Of a stretch of DNA of 64,000 nucleotides, positions 52,856 through 64,000 are shown in pieces. Made by a program: the position numbers and the translations under genes. The notes below the pieces were generated by a model that saw nothing but the letters and a program-made list of their open reading frames with translations, searched no databases and had not been told where the DNA came from. Source of the stretch: Octopus sinensis (lineage: Eukaryota); NCBI RefSeq assembly GCF_006345805.1, contig NC_043016.1, positions 24,242,001 to 24,306,000 of the forward strand, read 5' to 3'. Each line of letters begins with the position of its first letter. The stretch's first letter is position 1.

Positions 52856-53856
52856 ATACTAAATATCAGATAAGCATTTATACAACTACAGGCTATTCCA
52901 ACAAAATATTATTGCTAACTGATAATCCAGGGCTTATGTACTATATTTGAAAACATAAAAGATGCATTTCTTCAAAAAATGATTTTTAAAAAAATCATTC
53001 TGGGTCCTGTAAATGAGGTTGGGCCTCTCATAAGCTTTAAAGGACTAAATTTTTTTCCTGAATATGAGCTGCTAAAATTAAGAGTGTCTAATATGCAAGT
53101 GTGTCTTTTATGCCATCAAATATGACATGTCTTGTGAGAGAGTTTGGATCTACTCCTGGAATGTTCCTACTGCCAAAGAGTAGACTAGAAGTTGCTCATG
53201 CTTGGAACTCTCTCTCTCTTCTTTGCATGCTACCACCATTCATCATCATCATTGTTTAATGTCCACTTTCCATGCTGGTGTGGGTTGAATGGTTTGTCAT
53301 GGAGATGGCCAGCAGGGAGCTATCCAGACTCCAACTGTCTGAACAGCTCCAGATACAAGAGTCAGTCTTGACACCTGGCTTGTGACAGGCATTGGCATTC
53401 AAAACACAAAGAGCCGCAATAGATACCACAAAATGTCTTGTCTTATGTTTTAACACTTCTGCCAGTCAAACACTCTGAACTGGCAAGGAGAGGAGTTGGC
53501 AGATTTCATTACAACATTGCCAGAATACTTTGCAATGTTTGTTCCACCTTTTTTTGAGCTGATTTCAACATTGTCTTCAACTAAATAACTTTACAAATAT
53601 ATTGGAAAACGTAAATTTTTATGAAACACTGTTCTCATTGACTGATTATCATATAAACTGGTGTTTAAGTCTGCATTCTGTGACATTATAATTAGAATGA
53701 AAGGAAATCTCATATAATGGACTGCCCATATATTTACTTCCTGGAGTGTTCCTGGATAAACTAAATAAGGTATGTATATATAATTATGTATGTATTCAAT
53801 ATAAATATTTATATACATATATGTATGATGTATATATATGTGTGTGTGTGTGTGTG

Positions 53857-54052
53857 TTATCCAAAGTGTACAGTATTATATATCCATTACAGCCAATCTT
53901 ACCAATCGGTTTCATACTAGGGATTGAATGGAGTGTTAGGTAGCAATCCGATTATGCAACCCTATGCTTATCAGAGGTAGCCAATCTGGAATGTAAGGGC
54001 AGATTGGTAAGATCAGCTATAATGGACATATAATATTATACACTCCGGATAA
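53857..54052. mobile_element. MITE with imperfect inverted repeats of about 50 bp
   Basis: GTGTACAGTATTATATATCCATTACAGCCAATCTTACCAATC versus GATTGGTAAGATCAGCTATAATGGACATATAATATTATACAC. Confidence 0.7.
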
Positions 54053-54700
54053 TATACCCACTTTGTTGACAGATATACGAGTGCATTTTTTTCCTGACTT
54101 TTTGACTCTTAGACAACTTACACAATATATGTGTGTGTGAGTGTGTGTGTGTGCGTATATATGTATATGTATATACATATGTATATATGTGCATATATAA
54201 TATATATGTGTGTGTATATAATATATATATATGTGTGTGATACTACTTCATTTTGGTGATTTCTCAAATAAAATTGCACTTCATTTTTGATGCTCTAATT
54301 TTTGAAGCTATACGGTGATACACAAGCATTTAGCTATGAATGCATTACATCTTATAGCAGAAACAACTGCAAGCTAATGAAGTTCATTACATAATTTCTT
54401 GTTTCACTGTCATTTATATAACCTTTTATTATGCTCTGTACGCAATACTTTTCTCTGAAACATATGTATTTGAGTTCGAATGCCAAGCGGAATATCAATA
54501 CAAACACACACAAACACATGTATGTATATACATTGTGTTTCAAATTATTAATGACATAAAATTATTAATTTTTTTGCTGAAATTTAACGAAATTTTCACA
54601 GTGTGATGGCAACAGTAATATGCGCACAGTGTGTAAAAACCATGAGGTTCTACAAGACAACACAAGAACTACACCCATTTACCAAATTTACATAAACTTT

Positions 54701-55864
54701 CACTGTTTCGAATTATTAGCAAGGAGTAATTAATACTCGTGTAAACAAGAAAATACCAATTCAATTGTTTGATGCACATACTGAAATGAACATATACAGT
54801 CATAAACACGGAAGAAATAGATATAAACAAATAAACAGCATTCAAAAATGATAGATGAGCTGATTAGTAAGGGATGTATGAGCTTTTGTTTGAAATAATG
54901 TGGAAAAGGCACTGGACCATGGAACATGCTAATTTTTGTCATTCATCTCCTCTGATGTTATACCACGATATACATCCACTATTATCTGCCACAGTTCATC
55001 CTTGCTCATAAACTTGTCATTTTAGAATACTCCACAAGTTTTCTTTTGGGTTTAAGTTGGAGGAACAGACAGGCCACTTCATCTTCAAAGGTCCACAGAA
55101 AACTAATTGTTGCAGAGACTCTGTAGTTTTCACCATAGGGTGTGAGAATGCATTATCTTGCATAAATATTATGGTAGTCTTGAAGGTAGTCCTTTGCTTT
55201 TCTAACCAACGTTTACTGTGCTCCTTCAGTAAGACTATGTAAGCATCTGCAGTCATTTTAACACCGTCAAGCACTTTCCAAGGACCAGCCATTATACTCC
55301 CAATAATACCTACTCAAATCATGATGCCTCACCCTCTTGTTGGCATCTCCTGTGTTGATGATCTCATCCATTTACAACCCATCCCTTGCTCTAACCATCA
55401 GGTCCATCAAGGGTAACATGAGTTTCGTCCATAAACAAAACTTTTGAAAAGTCAACCTTCATGTTATCTTCTGATCATTTCAGACAGTTTTGTATGTATA
55501 TTTTGTTTAAAGCAGGCCTTTTAACCGATGTCACTGGTTCACTGACCTTTTTCAAAAGACAAAATTGGGTTATTCTGGACACAGTTGTTTCTCCAATGCA
55601 CTTGAAAAGTTCTCCACTTATTCTCCACACTTTATTCATAACAGAGAACATTGAGAAACAGCCCTCTGTTGGCTCTCTTTGTAGGAGCTGTAACAAATGT
55701 TTTCATAGTTATGTGATATCTTCCAATTATTTTAGATATTTCTTATGCTGATTTACTTTTTGCAAGTTTAGAAGTAGTAACAGATTTCTCTGAAGCGGTT
55801 AAGTCACATTTATGACCCATAATTTCATGATTATCAGACCACTCGTTAATAATTTGGAACACTT
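54701..55864 (-). mobile_element. Decayed Tc1-like element
   Basis: VLFMDETHVTLDGPDG, IFMQDNAFSH, WPVCSSNLNPKENLWSILK; degenerate inverted ends. Confidence 0.85.
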
Positions 55865-55904
55865 GTCGCCTTGGTTTGACCATTGCCCTGTGGAAACTGT
55901 ATAA

Positions 55905-56220
55905 AGTGTCACTCTGTCTGTTATGACAAGGGTTCCAGTTGATTCGATCAACGGAACAGCCTGCTTATGAAATTAACATACAAGTGGCTGAGCACTCCAC
56001 AAACACATGTACCCTTATTGCAGTTCTCAGGGTGATTCAGCATGACACAGAATGTGACAAAGCTGGGCCTTTGAAATATAGGTACAACTCATTTTTACCG
56101 GCTGAGTGGACTGGAATAACAAGAAATAAAGTGTCTTGCTCAAGGACACAATGTGCTGCCGGGAATTGAACTCATGACTGTCAGCTGAGTATCTTGACCA
56201 CTAAGCCATGTGCCTCTACC
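55905..56220 (-). mobile_element. SINE sharing the family C 3' end
   Basis: Reverse complement of 43420-43595 plus a tRNA-like head. Confidence 0.7.
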
Positions 56221-56957
56221 TGATGGAAACTGTATAGAAACCCATTGAGTGGATTGTACCTTTAATTTGAAAAATTCAGCCTTGTTACACTCTGTGTACC
56301 TTTAACATAATTTCCAGGAAATTATGTTAAAGGTACATGTCTGTGGAATACTCAGCCACTTGCATGGCAATTTAATTCAGTTGATCAAACAACAGAATCC
56401 CAATCATTGACCAACAAAAAGCCATTTGTATAAGTCCTCTTGGATTCCCTCCATATTCATATTTTCCCCACAGTCATCAACTTATAGTTCTTCAAAAAAG
56501 CATTAACCATGTCTCTCTCACTACAAGTCTCAGAGGGTCTTGTGAAGCACATAGACATGGTGCTTATCTTTTGACCAAAGCAATTTTATATTTTATTTTA
56601 AATCCTTCTCTCACAACTCCTTAAGCTCCTAATATACATTAAATTGCTAAAATGGGAATACAAAGAAAACTTTGACAAAAAAAAGAAAAGGTCACCTTCA
56701 ACTTTCATAGATACAACTTTGTCACAGTGTCTTTTATACTTCATTTCCTGCTATTTCGCTAATGAGACGGCAACAAAGAAGCCTATTCAGGTTTCTTTAT
56801 TCGAGTGAAGGCTACAGATATATGCTTTAAATTCTTAACTGCATGAATTTGTGTGTGTGTGTGTGAGCATGTATGCATATATATAAAGATATACATACAT
56901 ACATACATCTGTATGTGCATGTACCTGTTCTCACTTCATTCGATCATCAGTTATTTC

Positions 56958-56971
56958 AATTATTATTATTA

Positions 56972-57025
<54 letters not shown>

Positions 57026-57088
57026 CATTATTATTATCATTATTATTATTATCATTATTATTATTATTATTATTATTATTGTTATTAT
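56958..57088. repeat. (ATT)n microsatellite
   Basis: Direct reading. Confidence 0.95.
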
Positions 57089-57246
57089 TGCTTTGCAGAA
57101 TTTCTTTGATGTTCAAAGAACTTTGCAGGATAGTAAATTATCTGAAGAATAAACTCATTCTCTTTCTCTCTCCAATATTTCTCTGTCTCTGTCTGTTGGT
57201 CTGTCTGTCAGTCTATTTGTCAGCCTATCTTTCAGTCTCCCTCCCT

Positions 57247-57297
<51 letters not shown>

Positions 57298-57936
57298 TGG
57301 TTTAGTCAATGGTTGAGAAATAATAAAGAAAATGGTTGTGTGCTGCATGTATATTGTGTGGGTGTAGACACAACCAAGGGATTCAAGAAGTTTCCTTCAC
57401 AATCACCAGATCTCACGGTTCAGTCCCACTGTGGGGTTATCTTGGGCAAGTGTTTTCTGCCATATCCACATATCCTCTGATCAACCTAAACCTTGTGAGC
57501 AAAATGAAGTAGACAGAAACTGTGCAGAAGCCCATGTGACAAAATGTAAATCAAAGTATGTTATATGTCTACAGTTATTAGTAGAGTTAGCTAATTAAAT
57601 GAGATGTCATGATGAATGCATTTCTTCACAAGAAATGTGGGGAACATGGTTAAAGAGTAGACACAGTATACATAATATGTGACTGTCATCATCATCATCA
57701 TCAGTCATCATAAAATTCTAATATTTTTAATGAACTTTTTAATATTTTCTCATGATTTTTCCTTGTAAAAACTGTTTTTAACACTTTCTTATTATTATCA
57801 AAGAATGTATATATATGTATTGTAGTACTTAACACAACAAAGCTTTTACATGTTACTTTTGACAATCTTTTTCTAAAAAAGTGAAACCGGTCAAGTGAAT
57901 AAACATCTTTTAAAATTGCATTTTCAAACCTTCTTT

Positions 57937-57975
<39 letters not shown>

Positions 57976-58504
57976 ACACACACGCACACACACACACACA
58001 CACACACAGACATATATATATATATATATGCACATACACACACATAAGACTTCCACACAGTTTTTGTTAACAAATTCCACTCTCAAGCAATTGGCCAGAG
58101 CAAAGCAATGAGAGAAGACACTTGCCCATGGGGATTCACAATAGGACTGAACCTAGAACGATGTGGTTGTAAAGCAAACTTCTTAACACACACACACGCA
58201 CACACACACACACACATCCATGCCTGAGGTTTTCTCTCAGTTAAACAACACCATCAATGAAGTACTTCTTGTGTGATGACTTGATGTATTAGAAATAGCT
58301 ACCAAACCACGTTATGTTATACTAGTAGCTCTCAACCCTTTTTTTTTACTTATGGGCCCTTTTAATTCCTATTCTGCTCTGATGGATCCTCCTAGCCATT
58401 CAATGTTTAAAAAAAATCACATATTTTTATAAATGGATATAATGAAGAATTGTATCAAAAAAATTGTTCAAAATATTTTGTGTATTGAAACAGTATAACC
58501 AATT

Positions 58505-58935
58505 TATTCTTTTACTTGATTCAGTCATTTGACTGCAGCCATGCTGGAGCACTGTCTTAAAGACTTTTAGTTGAAGAAATCAACCCGAAGACTTATTCTT
58601 TGCAAGCCTAGTACTTATTCTATCAGTCACTTTTGTTGAACTGCTAAATTACAGGGATGCAAACACACCAACACCGGTTGTCAAATGGTGATGTGGTGGT
58701 GGGGAAACAAAGACACAAAGACACGCATAACTATATGTGTGTGTGTTTGTATGTATATATTTACGTTTGTATGTAGTATGTATACAATGGGCTTCTTTCA
58801 GTTTCCATTGACCAAACCACTGACAAGGCTTTGGTCGGCTCGAGGCTATAGTAGAAGACACTTGCCCAAGGTGCTACGCAGTGGGACTGAAAACCAGAAC
58901 CATGTGGTTGGGAAGCAAGCTTCTTACCACACTGC
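58505..58935 (-). mobile_element. SINE family A, full length
   Basis: Matches 29230-29640; head-only copies at 30655, 57358 (+) and 58045 (-). Confidence 0.8.
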
Positions 58936-59149
58936 CACCAGCAATGCCTGAACCTTTATCGCACAAAAATTTTAACAACAAAACCTTATGTGGCTCCCTA
59001 AGGACTGTATGGACTCTGGTTGATCATACTTCTTCTCATTCAGAGTTGGGCTGACCTAGGTCTAAACTACAACAGCAATCACTATCGCTTGTATTACCAC
59101 CCAAGAACAACAATCGGTATCATTTTCATTTTACCATCATGCAACAGCA

Positions 59150-59860
59150 TCAGTACCACCACCACTACCACCACCACTGCAACCACCACCACCACTACCA
59201 CCACCACCAGCACTACCACCACCACCACTACCACCACCACCAGCACTACCACCACCAGCACTACCACCACCACCACAACGACCACCACAACGACCACCAC
59301 CACCACTACCACCACCACTACCACCAACACCAACACCACAAGCAGCAGCATTACCACCACCACCACCACCAACACCAACACCACCAGCAGCAGCATTACC
59401 ACCACCACCACCACTTCTACAATTGCTAATAATATCAACAAGAATGCCATCATTGTTGTAAACATCATTTCTACTACCACCCAATGCTGTTATCATCACT
59501 ACCACCATCACAATCACCACCAATAGCTACAATGCTAATCACCACTAGCTACAATACTAATGCCACCACCACCACTACAAAACTATTACCACCATCTCTA
59601 CCTCTACCACCACCATTACCAACACCAGAAACAATAACACCACTAACAACAATACCAATGGCATCAACCATTGTGGTCACTACCAGCACTATCACAGAGA
59701 ACACCGTCATCACCACCATCAGCAACAATGCCATCATCACCAACACCACCATCACAACCACCACTGTTATAACCACGACCATTACCATGATCAGCACCAC
59801 AGCCAACACCAACATTACCACCACCCCTACCATTAACACCACCAACAGCACTACCAGTGT
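59150..59860. repeat. (ACC)n-based low-complexity tract
   Basis: Direct reading; produces Thr-, His-, Val- and Gly-rich ORFs in several frames. Confidence 0.9.
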
Positions 59861-60065
59861 AACAGCAGAAATTTAATCTTATCTCAGTTAATCTAATGAG
59901 GTCATCATATATTTAAGAACAATGAAGGTTTTTGTAGTAGCTCAGCTAACTGCTTTTGCAATAAGCAATGAAGAATTCTGGCCAATAACTTTTAATCCAA
60001 TTTACAAAAGGAAGTTCAACAATTCCTTACTTCTACATTGAAGCCCATCTACACATGCACACACC

Positions 60066-60107
<42 letters not shown>

Positions 60108-60496
60108 CACCACCACCTCTTGAACAATTCTTTGCTCCTACATTTGTACACCCCCCCCACGCTGCTCCACCAACAATGCTAACACCACTGCCTCTTGACC
60201 AATTTCTTACTCCCACATTGTACCACCCCATTGCATCACTGCCACCACCACAATTACCACCGCTACTACCACCTCCTGAATGCTCCAAGAACAACCAAAA
60301 AATAAAAAAAGACAAAGTAAAGAAACTGGTAATCACGGAATGATAAATATCAGAATCTTTAATATCTGTGAAAATAGAACAGTGTTGATGAGCAACACAG
60401 TAGACTCCCATGACATTTCAATTAACCTGGCCCCTCATCATCATCTTATCCATCTCTTTTCCACACCATTCTACTCATCTGTGTGTATGAGTGTCA

Positions 60497-60530
<34 letters not shown>

Positions 60531-63104
60531 GAATGAATGTTTTTATATATAATGAACGTGAAATACAGGAAGGGACGAACACGGAACACAGACAAATCAT
60601 TCGAAGCCTTCAATCTTCAGTCAGACACCGAATCATCATAGCAAATTTCGGCTGTTCAATTCTGATATTTGCTCCAACTCGGCCAGCCCCAAGAAAAAAA
60701 AAAAAAAAAAACTAAGCTGTAAGCATTAGATTTCTTGGTAGAAGACAGGAATGTGAACGCACAAGACGGATGTGAATACAAGAGACGAAAACGAAATTGA
60801 AAACAGTAATGAATAAACAAAATATATATAACGGTGGTTGTCATACGACTTTAGACCAATGGGGTGGCCCTGCATATCCTCCTACTCAGCACCTTCATCC
60901 TCCCTCTCCACTACCCTTATCACTCTCTCTCACAGTATTCTGCTAACACTACCTCTTTCTTTCCCTTCCACTATGCTCTTCCATCTCATCTTTCCTTCAC
61001 AAACCACTTAAATCAGCCATGTAGCACCACACCACACCCTGCTCAACCCTCTCCACTGTCCTGTCACTCTCTAACTCCTTCTCACTACCCCCCACCCACT
61101 GACACGACTTTTCATGTCATTGCTATTACCTCACTCGTTAACTGTATCTCTTCCCTATCTCAACAATAATCTAGCCTTAGATCTTAAAAAATCATTTAAT
61201 CCACGTGGGCATAGCAGACAGACAGACCTCCCATACCCACCCTCATCACTAGGTCCACCTAATCAATCCACCCCTATTACTAATTACCTTCTCTTTATTT
61301 CCATCACACTTGCCACTGATATTATTATGCCCCTCTTCTCTGTCTCTGTTAATCCCACTTAACACTGTTCCCTCTGTTATTCTTGGCCTTACCATTCTCT
61401 CACAATAAATCTGTTCCTTCCATCATGGGGTGTTCTCTTTCATTTTGCCAGCCACAAGGCAACCCCACTGGTGCTGGTGCCACAAAAACAAACACTCAGT
61501 ACTCACAAAATAATTAGTAATTGATTCAAACAGGGACAACACAAACTTTGAGAGGACTATTTTGTCTTGTTGATGGCAAGACAACATCTGTAGTGCTGGT
61601 GCCACAAACAAATTCACCCAATACACTCTGTAAAGTGACTGGTGTTAGACAGGGTATCCAACCACATAAATCATGCTAAAACCAAGCCATTGGAGAAAGA
61701 CATGATCCTCCAGTCTGTTGAATCCTTGTCAAACCTTCCTGCCCATCCACCCATGCCAGCTTGGAAAGTAGACATAAAAGGATGATGAGTCTGATTATCT
61801 TGTTTTGATTCTTCATCTAAATGACAAGATGTAGAATTTACTCTTTACTCATCTTGAATAGATATGATAAACCAGTGAATTTGGAATTGTTTTTTAGAAG
61901 GGCATGTAAAATGGCTAGCAGTATTTGTTCCAGCTCTCAGTGCTTCTTGGTCCTAAAAGAAAGGAAGCAAGCAGAAAATTCATAACTATATATTTCTCAA
62001 CTCTCATGCCTTAAGTTGGTTTGTTTCTATTCCTTTGCCTTACCTTAGGCACCAGAATTCTTAGAGATTCAATTTTCAGAAAATGTGAAATGTGGTATAA
62101 AAAAGATTTTTTTGTTTTCCTCACATTTTTTTTAAGATACAAGAATGTAGTAATAAACTACAGGGAGAAAGGAAATGATTCTTAACCCTTATTTTATAAT
62201 GTGAAACACCCATGAGATAAATCATACTCTGGATAAAACATCAGATAATCTAATACCCTATTACTGACAATTACATAAACTGTGGTAGTAATACAACTGA
62301 GGGAGTGAGAGATAAATCTAGTGGTAACTAGGTGGTCTGTGGTAATGTACAATAATAGTGTTGTGTACAGAAACACAACAGAGAGGGTGATAGATAAACC
62401 TCCACCAGGGTAACACACCAGTCTATCACAGGTAACATTACCAGATGAGTTGGTGGTACCTAGATGAACTATGGTGACAAAATGCTTGTAGTGTATTTAA
62501 ACGCATACACTATCAACAGCCTAATATCTAGGCCATGTCACCTCCACCAAAATGATTAAAGCCTTATTCATGTTATGTTGAAAACACTGCCTAGGTAACA
62601 GGCACTGAACTTCTTTCTTGTTTTGCAGTTATATAATAAATAGCTTACTCTCTTCTTTCCATAAACCTATATATAATGAAATTGAATGAAAATTTCAATA
62701 ATAAATGTTAAAAATCAATGGAACAATGCATTGATTTCTGGTAAACCAGAAACTAGAAAAGTTATTGTTTCCTCACTTCTTTATTGGTTATTTTCACTGC
62801 CTTTTTTTTTCCATTTTTATTTTTATTTTCTTTTATATTTTTAAATAGGATTTTACATTCTATACAAAACACCTCTTGCAAATTTTATGAATAAATTAAT
62901 AAAAATTGTTTAATGATATTTTATAACTGCCAATTAATCTAATTAGATATTGCTATCAGAAAATTAACAAAAAAAAAAACGAAAAAATATTGTGTTTTAG
63001 TCTATTCAGAAACTTTCATTATGCCAGTACTTAACTCAAGTTTATGAAGTGGGCGTAACAGAAATCATCCACTGGAAAGGATACAAGTTTAGTGAAAATA
63101 TATC

Positions 63105-63331
63105 TCTTTACTACCCACAAGGGGCTAAACACAGAGGGGACAAACAAGGACAGACAAACGGATTAAGTCGATTACATCGACCCCCAGTGCATAACTGGTA
63201 CTTAATTTATCGACCCCGAAAGGATGAAAGGCAAAGTCAACCTCGGCAGAATTTGAACTCAGAACGTAACGGCAGATGAAATACGGCTATGCATTTCGCC
63301 CGGCGTGCTAACGTTTCTGCCAGCTCACCGT
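63105..63331 (-). mobile_element. SINE family B, well-preserved copy
   Basis: Close match to 16345-16552. Confidence 0.85.
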
Positions 63332-64000
63332 GCTAAAAAGGACGCAGAAGTCAGAACAAAAATTCTCAAAAAGCTGGAAATGAACCAGGATATAACTCTC
63401 CAGAAACTGTCAGAAGAGTGCGATAGGATATTAAAAGTAAGGCATGACACAGAAGAAATCCAACACAGAGACTGTTTACAGATAAAACCAGTGCAAAAAG
63501 ATGGATAAAGTGTTTTGCAAAAAACACAATATATATCAGGAGATAAATCTATGTATGGTATGTTGTGGTAGGCACCTGAGAAAAGAGTGTCCATTCAAAA
63601 CAGCAGAGTGTTTTCATTATGAGACCACAGGACATGTTAAATTATGCTGCAGAACGAAGATGATGAAAAATTGGAACAAACAAGAAAAAGTAGTTTGTCA
63701 TCAGAGAAAAAAGTTTGCACACTGAATAGAATATTTATAAAGGTGAGAATTGAAACCACTGGCAGCAAAATGCAATTAGACACAGATAGTGACATCTCTA
63801 TCATAAATAAAGAAACATGGCAATAAATCAGTAAGCCAAAATTATTTAAATCAAATAAAATAGTATTTGGTGTTACAGGAACAAAATTATATTTCACGGG
63901 CAAATGTATTTGCAATGTAACTTTTCAAGGTGAAACAAAAAAGGCAATCATTTATGAGTTGAAAAAACCGCTAAACCTATTTGGCACAATACACATGGAG
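63332..64000 (+). mobile_element. Ty3/Gypsy LTR retrotransposon remnant (gag zinc knuckle and protease), runs off the window
   Basis: DAEVRTKILKKLE, CMVCCGRHLRKECPFKTAECFHYETTGHVKLCC, MQLDTDSDISII (degenerate LDTG); frameshifts and stops. Confidence 0.85.

Noticed and set aside
59020-59876. Mucin-like Thr-rich protein
   Set aside because: The (ACC)n tract is open in most frames on both strands and has no convincing exon context.
60595-60660. Hammerhead ribozyme (CTGAAGA on -)
   Set aside because: No proper stem II followed by GAAA and stem III could be built.

Overview
AT-rich, microsatellite-dense eukaryotic DNA, apparently intergenic or intronic. The repeat content (RTE LINEs with (CAT)n tails, several tRNA-derived SINE families, Penelope, mariner/Tc1, piggyBac, Helitron) suggests a mollusc, probably an octopus; this is inference, not a database result. 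I found no intact host protein-coding gene, rRNA, true tRNA or CRISPR array. Most of the window is decayed transposons: RTE, CR1-like and Penelope retroelements, a Gypsy gag-protease remnant, mariner/Tc1 fossils, piggyBac and Helitron derivatives, MITEs and SINEs. The least explained structure is a locus at about 0.25-18 kb of 10 or more diverged copies of a module I cannot assign to any transposon. It keeps traces of a + strand reading frame, while the - strand carries repeated splice-like sites and G-U-containing hairpins downstream of a CpG-rich promoter-like segment. Also notable are a 161-bp palindrome made of two minimal hammerhead-like motifs (43.7 kb), an 87-bp satellite with internal palindromes, two MITEs enclosing GGTTAGGGTT, and an RTE ORF opening at a splice-acceptor-like site. 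All alignments were done by eye, so boundaries of decayed elements are approximate.
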